Below are positions 10,292-18,560 of a DNA stretch of 64,000 bases, piece by piece. Numbering within the stretch: the first letter of the stretch is position 1; each line of letters opens with the position of its first letter. The DNA is from Tahibacter harae (GTDB lineage Bacteria; Pseudomonadota; Gammaproteobacteria; Xanthomonadales; Rhodanobacteraceae). A program made the position numbers and the translations under genes. The notes beneath the pieces are model-generated. The model saw only the letters and a program-made list of their open reading frames with translations, was not told the DNA's origin and did not search any database. The DNA is taken from contig NZ_JANFQO010000014.1 of NCBI RefSeq assembly GCF_024437735.1, forward strand, positions 1-64,000, written 5' to 3'.

Positions 10292-10717
10292 TCAGACCAG
10301 GAATTCGGCCAGCGTGGTCAGCGCGTCGCGGCCGTTGTCGCCGAGGGTGGCCAGTTCCAGGGCCATGTCAGCGGGCGAAGCGGCGGGACTCAGCGCGCCG
10401 ACCAGGACGAAATGCGCGCCTATGCGCCCGAACGAGGACAGCGGCACGGCGGGATTCAGGTCGAGCAGGGTTTCCATCAGCTTTGCGCGCAGGCGCGGCT
10501 TCACTTCGTCGTCGCGCCAGAGATAGCTGATGCACAGCAGCTGGCTGCCGGTATCGGTGACGTAGATGGGCAGGCGGTCGCTGCCCGGGAAGCTGATCTC
10601 GATGACCGGCACTTCGCCGGCGATGGGGATGGCGTCGACAGCGTCCACCAGGATCTGCCGCTTGAGCAGCGGCACGGCGGACTTGATCAGCGTGGCCAGA
10701 CGGCGCGGGCTAGGCAT
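10292..10717 (-). CDS. Hypothetical 141-aa protein, possibly YjfI/YbjN-like; first gene of the operon
   Basis: ATG at 10715-10717 (MPSPRRLATLIKSAV...) preceded by a GGAGGGGGAG RBS. The longer ORF-track start has no RBS. Globular composition. Sits 10 nt upstream of the PspA-like gene. Confidence 0.5.
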   Translation of the reverse strand: MPSPRRLATLIKSAVPLLKRQILVDAVDAIPIAGEVPVIEISFPGSDRLPIYVTDTGSQLLCISYLWRDDEVKPRLRAKLMETLLDLNPAVPLSSFGRIGAHFVLVGALSPAASPADMALELATLGDNGRDALTTLAEFLV

Positions 10718-10774
10718 GCTCCCCCTCCCGGGATGCGATGCAGCGGTTGCGGCATGCGGCGACGCTATGCCGGC

Positions 10775-10804
10775 GGACATAACATGTCAAGACATATTAT
10801 GTCC
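10775..10804. promoter_or_regulatory. AT-rich near-perfect inverted repeat (candidate operator) in the promoter region of the flotillin operon
   Basis: GGACATAACATGTC aa GACATATTATGTCC: 14-bp arms with one mismatch, 58-87 bp upstream of the ATG at 10717. Unusually AT-rich for a ~70% GC genome. Confidence 0.4.
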
Positions 10805-11336
10805 GCGGATGGGATCCGCGGTGCGGTTGTGGAAACGCCCTCGCTCCCGGTGCGTGCCGCGCCGGGAAAAACCCGCGGCAGGAAAGCGGTGCCCGGCGCC
10901 AGGCGTCGTCGGGGCGGCGCGCGCCGCGCCGGGCGGGCCGGATGCGCGGCGGCCGCACGGCTGCGAAAGCGGAACGGACTGCATCCACCCCATCGGAAAA
11001 CGGTGCCGCGGCGGGCCGTAGCGGCCGCCCGGAATACGCAGTGAAGAAGATCCCGCGCGCGGCTGCCCGAGTGCAGCCGCGCGGCGGGAGGCGCCTGGGC
11101 CGTTGCAGCCCGTCGCCCTGACCCCGGAGGAAGCCGCCGCAGCGGCCCGGCGGCGCTCCGCCGTCAGCCTGCCGCGCGGTGCCGGCGGCGACGCCGGCCG
11201 CAGCTCCCCGTGTCGTTATTTCTTGCCATTGCGCAAACGCGCAATTTTCCCCAACCCCATTTCATCGAGAGGCAAGGAGCGCGCGGCGGCGGTGGCCAAA
11301 ACACCGCCGCCGCGCACCCCTCACATCATCCGGCAA

Positions 11337-11594
11337 TCAGTTGTGCAGACGGGCCGCGTCCACGTCGGCGCGAATCCAGGCGTTGGCCGCCGTGATCGCG
11401 GCTTCGCGCGAGGCGACGATGCCCGAGGCGGAAACCGTACGCAGCCACGGGCGGAACACCTTCCAGCGCAGCGGGGTCGTCGGCGTCCCTTCGACGATGA
11501 CGCGGTAGCCCAGACGCCGGTAGGCGGCGACGCGCTGCAGGCGCGGGCGGCGTCCGGCGTTCATGACAGTGTGCATATCGGGAATGCGGTACAT
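11337..11594 (-). CDS. Small hypothetical protein (85 aa)
   Basis: Isolated ORF in an otherwise gene-poor ~1.1-kb stretch. Protein-like composition (MYRIPDMHTVMNAGRRPRLQRVAAYRRLGYRVIVEGTP...). No recognisable family. Confidence 0.3.
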   Translation of the reverse strand: MYRIPDMHTVMNAGRRPRLQRVAAYRRLGYRVIVEGTPTTPLRWKVFRPWLRTVSASGIVASREAAITAANAWIRADVDAARLHN

Positions 11595-11809
11595 GGCGCT
11601 ACTTCCTTAGCTAGAACCGACCTGGGTCGGCATGTACAACCAGCAAAAAACCCCGCTCGCATCAAAATCCAGGCAACAGGCGTCCCTCGTGGCGCGCACG
11701 AAACCATTCCCAGGAGGGAGAGCGGGGAAGCGCCGCCCCTGCGGCGCTCTAGTTGCCTGGCACCGCGCCTGCTTCCGCCGTTTCGGCGGCCGCGGGCGCG
11801 GGGGTCAGG

Positions 11810-13360
11810 TCATTTGCAGGAAAGCGTGTTGCGTCGGCAGTCCTGGCTGCGGCGTTGCGGATTGGCCATGCTGTAGTTCGCCATCACGCCAGGGTTGGCA
11901 TTGTTGTTGACATAGTTGACGGCCGCGAAACCGATCACCGGCAGGCCCAGCATCACGGTGCCGTCTTCGGCCGGGCGGAAATCGCGCGTATAGACAGCGC
12001 CGCTCGTGTCGCGATAGCGCACCAGGTCCAGGCCTATCCAGCCGCCGTCGCGGCGGCTGCCGCTGAGCACCGACTGCAGATACACGTCCAGCTCCGAGCC
12101 CAGCGGGCGGCCGTGGATGTCGTTGGCGACCTGGCCCGGCGCAAGCGCGATGATCTGGGTGGAGAAGCGCAGATCGACGCTGGCCACGTTGGGCGCGTTG
12201 GCGATGTTGCCGCCGCCGCGGTCGTACAGGCCGTAGGGCACGCGCATGATCGCGCTGGTCTCGCTGCCGCTGGTCGGGTACAGGCCGGTGAAGGGCTTGA
12301 CCGGTTCGGTGCCGACGCGGGCCTGGTCGGTGTAGAAGGAACGGGTCGGGAAATTGATCACCCAGTCGGTGGTCGCGCCGACCGTGTGGTCGCTGAAATA
12401 GCTCACGTTGACCGCATCGGCCGACAGCACCGCACTGACCGCGTCCACCGCGCGCTCAGCGGCGTATTGCAGGTTGAGGCGGCGGTTGGGCAGGTCGACT
12501 ACGGCTTCGGCCATCTGCGTGGCCGGATCGTTCAGCGCCTTGTCGAAATCCACGCGCTCTTCCGCCGTGCGGTGCAGCACCACGCTGGAGCGGCTGCCGG
12601 CGGGCACGTCGGCCGGATCGGTGCGGAAATCCGCCAGCGCCGTGGCCTGGTAGGACATCACCGTGCCGGCGCCCACATTCAGCACATAGGCTTCGCCGCT
12701 GAGGCCACCGGTGGGATTGGTCATGTGCGCGGAGGGATTGCTGCGCCAGTAGGTGCTCCAGCCATTGCCCAGTTCACCGCAATTGGCCGGCACGCCGCTG
12801 GCCGCGGGCGTGATCGCCAGCGCCGGCGGGGTGTTCGGCACCAGGGTGCCCATCTCGAACACCTTGATGAAGCCTTCGCGCAGGCGGTCCTTGACGCTGG
12901 GACCGGCGTCCTCGCGCGAACCGACGAAATCGTTCATGCGCAGATCCTGGTACGGACGGCCGCCGACCAGTACGCCGGCAAAGCGCTCCGCGCCCGGGAA
13001 GGTGCAGGAATCATCGCCCGTGGCCAGTGCGGCCGGGGTCGAATCGTTGAGGTAGAACACGGTCGAGGACCAGCTATCGCGCGGCGCGAGATAGACATTC
13101 AGCTCCAGCGCCGTGCGGCCGTTGCGCGCCTCGGCGAGGATCACGCGCAGCGCCTTGTGCCGGTCGGAATGGTTGGTGATGGAGAAAACCGTCTGGTTGC
13201 CGCCGCGCGTGGTGTAGTACGGATAGATCAGCACCTGGCCGGTGCCGTCCGGATCCAGCCGTACCGCGCTGGCACTGCTTGCGCACACGCCCAGGGCCAG
13301 CGCCGCGAGCAGGCGGCCGGTCAGGCCCGATGTACGCAAAGTGGTGTTTTTCATCGTCAT
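11810..13360 (-). CDS. Secreted protein of unknown function (~516 aa), divergent from the TonB/ECF cluster
   Basis: ATGACGATG start at 13358-13360 with a GAAGG RBS. Signal peptide MTMKNTTLRTSGLTGRLLAALALGVCASSASA. Long, Gly/Thr/Ser/Asn-rich beta-type composition. No motif recognised. Confidence 0.7.
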   Translation of the reverse strand: MTMKNTTLRTSGLTGRLLAALALGVCASSASAVRLDPDGTGQVLIYPYYTTRGGNQTVFSITNHSDRHKALRVILAEARNGRTALELNVYLAPRDSWSSTVFYLNDSTPAALATGDDSCTFPGAERFAGVLVGGRPYQDLRMNDFVGSREDAGPSVKDRLREGFIKVFEMGTLVPNTPPALAITPAASGVPANCGELGNGWSTYWRSNPSAHMTNPTGGLSGEAYVLNVGAGTVMSYQATALADFRTDPADVPAGSRSSVVLHRTAEERVDFDKALNDPATQMAEAVVDLPNRRLNLQYAAERAVDAVSAVLSADAVNVSYFSDHTVGATTDWVINFPTRSFYTDQARVGTEPVKPFTGLYPTSGSETSAIMRVPYGLYDRGGGNIANAPNVASVDLRFSTQIIALAPGQVANDIHGRPLGSELDVYLQSVLSGSRRDGGWIGLDLVRYRDTSGAVYTRDFRPAEDGTVMLGLPVIGFAAVNYVNNNANPGVMANYSMANPQRRSQDCRRNTLSCK

Positions 13361-13538
13361 ACCTTCGTTGTTCCCGCTACAGCGCCCCGGACCGGCGGGC
13401 CGTGCTCCTGCAATCAACCACACAAGACGCACGGCGCGGCCAATCCCCCCAACACGTTACTTTCCCGCAAAACCACATGCATTTTTAGCGGCACTATGGC
13501 TAATATCCGCCGCCAGTTCCGTAGCAGTCACGCCAGCG

Positions 13539-14354
13539 ATGCCGAGTTCGTCATCCAACGCCGCGCATTTCTTCCTGCTCGCAACGCCCGAGACTCCGCT
13601 TGCCGACGCCGCCGTTCCCGCGTGCGCGGGCGCGCGTGATGCCGTCTTCGCGGTGACTGCGGCGGTCGAACCGCGTCGTCCGGTGGCCGCCGCCCTGCTG
13701 ATTTCCGTACTGCTGCACGCTGCCGCCGGCCTGCTGCTGTGGCAGTGGATCGCCGACTTCCAGCCCGATCCCGAAAAGCCCGCCCTGCAGGTGCGCCTGC
13801 GCGCCGGCGGCGCTCCCGTTCCGCCGCCGCTGGCGCAGACCGCGCCGCAGGCCCTGCCGGCGCCGCCGCCGCCCAGGCCGGTGGCCGCCTCCCGTCCCCA
13901 GCCCGCCCCGCGCCAGCTGGCGGAGACTGCCACAACCCCGCCGCCGTTGCCTGCGGCCGCGTCACAGGAACCGGCCCCGGTGGAAGCCCTGCCGCAGCCG
14001 GCGCCGGCACTCAGCGCAACGCCGCTGCCCGGCACCGCCGTGGCCGACACCGGCGAGGCCGCGGTCAACAACGCCACCCTGCGCGTACTGGAATGGCTGG
14101 CCCAGCACCGGCGCTATCCGGCCTCGGCCCGGCGCGCACGCATGCAGGGCACGGTGGAAATCCTGGTCGTGCTGATGCCCGACGGCCGCCTGGTCAACCA
14201 GCGCATCGCCCAGAGTTCGGGCCACGAGGTGCTGGACCGGGCCGCGATGGACCTGCTGCGCCGCGCCTCGCCGGTTCCCAGCGCGGCCTTCTTCACCGGC
14301 GAGGCGCGCCAGCTCGAACTGCGCCTGCCCGTGGTCTACCAGCTCAGCATCTGA
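13539..14354 (+). CDS. TonB family energy-transducer paralog
   Basis: ATG at 13539-13541. N-terminal TM anchor (AAALLISVLLHAAAGLLLW), a Pro-rich spacer (PAPPPPRPVAASRPQPAP...) and a C-terminal TonB domain (NATLRVLEWLAQHRRYPASARRARMQGTVEILVVLMPDGRL...). Confidence 0.8.
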   Translation: MPSSSSNAAHFFLLATPETPLADAAVPACAGARDAVFAVTAAVEPRRPVAAALLISVLLHAAAGLLLWQWIADFQPDPEKPALQVRLRAGGAPVPPPLAQTAPQALPAPPPPRPVAASRPQPAPRQLAETATTPPPLPAAASQEPAPVEALPQPAPALSATPLPGTAVADTGEAAVNNATLRVLEWLAQHRRYPASARRARMQGTVEILVVLMPDGRLVNQRIAQSSGHEVLDRAAMDLLRRASPVPSAAFFTGEARQLELRLPVVYQLSI

Positions 14355-14430
14355 TGCTCCGCGCCGCCGCCACTCCGACCGGCTCGCCGCGCCGGCCCGG
14401 CCCCGCCGCCTGCGGTTGCGGCCGCCCGGC

Positions 14431-14970
14431 ATGAGCGCGACCCCGGACCGGAGCACGCCCGATGCCGCCGCCGACTCCATCGCCGACCTGTATGCGAGCT
14501 GCTACAGCGAGCTGGTGGCCTATCTGCGCCGCCTCTGCGGCGACGCCGGCCTGGCCGAGGACCTGGCGCAGGAGGCCGGCATGCGCCTGATCTCGCAATC
14601 GCGCCGCGAGGCCATCGCCAAGCCCCGCGCCTTCCTGTTCCACGTCGCGACCAATCTGGCACGCGACCAGCTGCGCCGGCGCATGGTCAGCGACTCCTAC
14701 GCCATCGACAGCGACTACGACGACGCCGGCGGCCACGCCCCGGGCGCCGACCACATCGCCAGCGTGCAGGAGGATGTGGCCCGGGTCAGCGCCGCGCTGA
14801 ACACGCTGACGCCGCGGGCGCGCGACGTGCTGGTCCTGGCGCGCATCCACGGCCACACCCAGAAAGAAATCGCCGACCAGCTGAAGCTGCAGCCCAAGAC
14901 GGTCGAGAACCACCTGACCCGCGCCCTGGCCCAGCTGGGCGCGGCCCTGACCGGCAGGCGCCGGCAATGA
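14431..14970 (+). CDS. ECF (sigma-70 family, FecI-like) RNA polymerase sigma factor
   Basis: ATG at 14431; the ORF-track start at 14416 is a TTG. Region 2 (LYASCYSELVAYLRRLCGDAGLAEDLAQEAGMRL) and a region 4 HTH (HGHTQKEIADQLKLQPKTVENHLTRAL). Confidence 0.85.
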   Translation: MSATPDRSTPDAAADSIADLYASCYSELVAYLRRLCGDAGLAEDLAQEAGMRLISQSRREAIAKPRAFLFHVATNLARDQLRRRMVSDSYAIDSDYDDAGGHAPGADHIASVQEDVARVSAALNTLTPRARDVLVLARIHGHTQKEIADQLKLQPKTVENHLTRALAQLGAALTGRRRQ

Positions 14971-15049
14971 CCACGGCCAGGGCAGGCCGCCAGCACCGTT
15001 TTTTGCCCGTTGGGGGCAAAGCGGCACTCGCGCGTCTAAGCGGGAGACC

Positions 15050-16000
15050 ATGTCCATGAACCCGACCGAATCGCTGCTGCAACAAGCCGCCCGCTGGCAC
15101 GCCATCGCCAGCGGCCGCAACCTGTCGGTCGACGAGTCCGCTTCGCTGGACCATTGGCTGGCGCAGAACCCGCGCCACCGCCTGGCCTATGCCGACATCT
15201 GCGCCGCGGCCTTCGCGCTGGAGCAAAGCCCCGCCGCCGCCGCGCAGCCAGTTGCCCGTCCGGCCGCCCGCAGCGCCGCGCGCACGTTCCTGCGCTGGAG
15301 CCTGGCCGCCGCGCCGCTGCTGGTGCTGGCCCTGGTCGTGGCCGGCCCGCGCGTGGTGCCGACCTGGCAGAACCTCAACAGCGATCTCTACACCGAGATC
15401 GGCAAGCCGCAGCAGCGCACCCTGTCCGACGGCTCGGTGCTGCAGCTGGACACCGACAGCGCCGTGCGCGTGAGCATGCGCGATGACCGGCGCGACATCG
15501 AACTGGTGCGCGGCCGCCTCTCCATCGCCGTGGCCAAGGATCCGGCGCGGCCGCTGCACGTGACCAGCGGCGGCGTGGATGCCATGGCCGTGGGCACGCG
15601 CTTCGTGGTCGACCGCAGCGACAGCGGCACCGGCGTGGGCGTACACGAAGGCATCGTGCGCGTGGCCGCCGGAAAAGGCGAACCGGTCGAGCTTTCCGCC
15701 GGCCAGCACGCCTTCGTCGCCAGCGGCGCCGACCAGGCCAGCCTGGGCCGCCGCGCCAATCTGGAAGAAGGCTGGACCGGCGGCGTGCTCAGCGTGGAGC
15801 AGGTCCCCCTGGCCGAGGTACTGGCCGAGCTGGACCGCTACCTGCCCGAGCGCATCATCCTGAGCAACGACGCCGAGGCCGCCCGGCCGATCACCGCCAG
15901 CCTGCCGCTGGACGATCCGGCCGCCGCGCTGCACGTGCTGGCGCAGACCGCCCAGCTCAAGCTGCGCCACATACCGCGCGTCGCCTACATCATGCGATGA
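15050..16000 (+). CDS. FecR-family anti-sigma factor / transmembrane signal transducer
   Basis: GGGAGA RBS then ATG at 15050. N-terminal FecR-type sigma-binding segment (AARWHAIASGRNLSVDESASLDHWLAQNPRHRLAY), a TM segment and a periplasmic FecR domain. The stop overlaps the receptor start (ATGA). Confidence 0.85.
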   Translation: MSMNPTESLLQQAARWHAIASGRNLSVDESASLDHWLAQNPRHRLAYADICAAAFALEQSPAAAAQPVARPAARSAARTFLRWSLAAAPLLVLALVVAGPRVVPTWQNLNSDLYTEIGKPQQRTLSDGSVLQLDTDSAVRVSMRDDRRDIELVRGRLSIAVAKDPARPLHVTSGGVDAMAVGTRFVVDRSDSGTGVGVHEGIVRVAAGKGEPVELSAGQHAFVASGADQASLGRRANLEEGWTGGVLSVEQVPLAEVLAELDRYLPERIILSNDAEAARPITASLPLDDPAAALHVLAQTAQLKLRHIPRVAYIMR

Positions 16001-18330
16001 GGCGACAGCACCGGCGCCGGCTCGCCTGTCTCATTGCCCTGGCCCTGCCGCTGCCGCTGCTGGCCGCCGACGCGCCGCCCGAATACGACATCGCCCTGGA
16101 AGCCGGCCCGTTGCTGGGCTGCCTGGAACGCCTGTCCGCCGTGGCCAATGTCGCCATCGTCGACCGTTCCGGCCGGGTCGCCAGCGCCGAATGCGCCGCC
16201 TCCAGCCGCCGCACCACCCTGGCCGAGGCGCTGGATGCACTGCTGACTCCGCTGGGCCTGGCCTGGCGCCGGCGTGAGGACGCGGCCATCGAGATCCTCG
16301 CCGCCGCGCCCAGCGAGCGGGTCAACCTGTCCGCCCTGACCATCGAGGACACCCCGCTGCCGTCGCTGGCGCCGGTGACTGCGGCCGCACCGCCGGTGAC
16401 CGAAATGGTGCACGAGGCCATGAGCGTGACCCGGGTCGAACAGGACCGCCTGGCCACCGCGCCCTTCCTCAGCCTGAGCCAGATCGGCCGCTATGCGCCC
16501 AATGTCTATGCCAGCGGCGCCAGCCTCGCCATCCGCGGCCAGGAACGCGACCTGGACACCTTCAGCGGCCTCAGCGTGCGCCTGGACGGCATCGACCTGG
16601 GCACCAGCCTGATCGAGGGCGACATGGTGCCGGTGGAAGGCGTGGCCAGCATCCAGATCCAGCGCGGCCCGCGCAGCTTCGAGCGCGGCGGCAGTGCCAC
16701 CGCCGGCGCGCTGGATCTCTACACCGCCGCGCCGGCGCCCACGCCCACCCTGCGCGCCACCGCTGGCATCGGCAACGACGGCCAGCTGCGCGGCTCGACT
16801 TCGTACTCGGACACCTTCGGCGAAGGCGAAAGCGGCATGCGCGTCGCGCTGGAGCGGCGCGTGCTGGCCAATTACGTGCACGAGGTCAACGTGCCCGAGG
16901 CCAACAGCAGCCACCGTACCGTCGACAACGCCTACGCCAAGTTCAACCTGGTGCCGGAATCGCTGCCGGGCGCGAGCATGGAGCTGTCCCTGCTCGGCGT
17001 GAGCGGCGACGATCCGGCCCTCTACACCGCCGCGGGCGAATTCCCGTTCCCGCTTTCGCGCGACCGCAACAGCTACGCCCGCGACACCGCGCGCACGCGC
17101 ACCCGCGCGGCCGGCTCGGCCCTGGGTCTGCAATACGGCCGCGACGACTGGAACGTGCGCCTCAACGCCAACAGCACCGTGGCGCAGCAGAAAGGCCTGT
17201 GGATGGGCTCGGGCTTCGGCCCCACCGGCGACCTGAATTCCGAGCGCCGCCGCGCCGTCAGCCTGAGCGGCCGCTACATGCTGGACAACTGGGAAATGGC
17301 CGCCGGCGCGGAAGTCAGCGCGGTTTCCTTCGCCGACCGCGATGCCACCTGGGTGGCCGGTTTCCGCCGCCTGGGCGACAACCGCCAGGACATGGATTTC
17401 CGCACCCGCAGCGCCTGGCTGTGGCTGGGCCGGCACTGGGACGACGGGCGCTTCAGCGCCGGCGTCGGCCTGCGCCAGGTCAAGGAACGCGCCCAGCAGC
17501 GCTACGTCAGCATCGCCTGCGACGTGCCCGAGACCGATTTCGTGCCCCGACCCGGCCTCTGCGCCCAGCGCGATTCCACCCTGCTGTTCCAGCAGTTCGG
17601 CCGCATCGACACCAGCACGCCGGTGCCCATGCTGGTGGGCAACTGGCAGATCAGCGACCGGCAGCGCCTGAGCCTGAGTCACGGCCGCGGCATACGCAGC
17701 AGCGCCGGCGTGCGCCCGGAATGGATACAGCCGGCCGAGCGCGACGATTCCACCCAGCTCAGCTGGCAGGCCAGCTGGTTCGAGGAACACCTCAAGCTGC
17801 GCACCGCCGTGTTCCACACCCTGGTGCGCGAACGCTTCCATTACGTCACCAACCACGTCGGCGCGCGCGGCCGCATCTACGGCGCCGAACTGGAGCTGGA
17901 AGGCCGCCTGGGCCTGTGGCAGGCCACCCTGGGCCTGGGCCACCTCAGCGCGCGCTACGACTACTACCGCTACTACAACCAGGATCCGACGCCGCGCCTG
18001 CCTGGCGCGCCGAAACATACGGCCCTGTTCGGCCTGCGCTACGGCGCCGAGACCGGCTGGTACGGCTCGCTCGACGCCTATCACACGGCCGAGGCCGAGA
18101 CCACGCTGGACATCAACCCGGGCAACCGCCGCCCGGCGTACAGCCTGGCCGATCTGCGCCTCGGCTACCGCCTGGCCGAGGCCGATTTCTCCCTGTCGGT
18201 GACCAATGCCGCCGATGCGCTTTACCTGGACCGGGTGGATTTCCGCTACAACGACCGCCGCCAGGAAACCCGCTACCGCCTGGGCGATCCGCGCCGGGTC
18301 GAGCTGCGCTGGCAGTACGAGTGGCAGTGA
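15997..18330 (+). CDS. TonB-dependent transducer receptor (FecA-like, with N-terminal STN signalling domain)
   Basis: Signal peptide, STN-like N-terminal extension, plug domain and a beta-barrel whose terminal strand ends ...RVELRWQYEWQ. Forms a classic sigma/anti-sigma/receptor triad with the two upstream genes. Confidence 0.9.
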   Translation: MRRQHRRRLACLIALALPLPLLAADAPPEYDIALEAGPLLGCLERLSAVANVAIVDRSGRVASAECAASSRRTTLAEALDALLTPLGLAWRRREDAAIEILAAAPSERVNLSALTIEDTPLPSLAPVTAAAPPVTEMVHEAMSVTRVEQDRLATAPFLSLSQIGRYAPNVYASGASLAIRGQERDLDTFSGLSVRLDGIDLGTSLIEGDMVPVEGVASIQIQRGPRSFERGGSATAGALDLYTAAPAPTPTLRATAGIGNDGQLRGSTSYSDTFGEGESGMRVALERRVLANYVHEVNVPEANSSHRTVDNAYAKFNLVPESLPGASMELSLLGVSGDDPALYTAAGEFPFPLSRDRNSYARDTARTRTRAAGSALGLQYGRDDWNVRLNANSTVAQQKGLWMGSGFGPTGDLNSERRRAVSLSGRYMLDNWEMAAGAEVSAVSFADRDATWVAGFRRLGDNRQDMDFRTRSAWLWLGRHWDDGRFSAGVGLRQVKERAQQRYVSIACDVPETDFVPRPGLCAQRDSTLLFQQFGRIDTSTPVPMLVGNWQISDRQRLSLSHGRGIRSSAGVRPEWIQPAERDDSTQLSWQASWFEEHLKLRTAVFHTLVRERFHYVTNHVGARGRIYGAELELEGRLGLWQATLGLGHLSARYDYYRYYNQDPTPRLPGAPKHTALFGLRYGAETGWYGSLDAYHTAEAETTLDINPGNRRPAYSLADLRLGYRLAEADFSLSVTNAADALYLDRVDFRYNDRRQETRYRLGDPRRVELRWQYEWQ

Positions 18331-18560
18331 GGCAGCGCACCGGCGGCAATCGCACAACTTCGGCCACGCCGCGACACAGCCGCGACCACAGGCACCGCTA
18401 GAATCGGCGTATCGACCGGCTTGCGCAGACCCGCCCCGATGCACCTCAGCCCCGCGCCCGCACGCATTCATCGCGTCAACGCCGCCGCTGGGGCATCCCC
18501 GGGCCGGCAGCACAGCCCACGGCCGGTCCCGGCTTCAAACGCAATCTCCAGGGAAGAATC

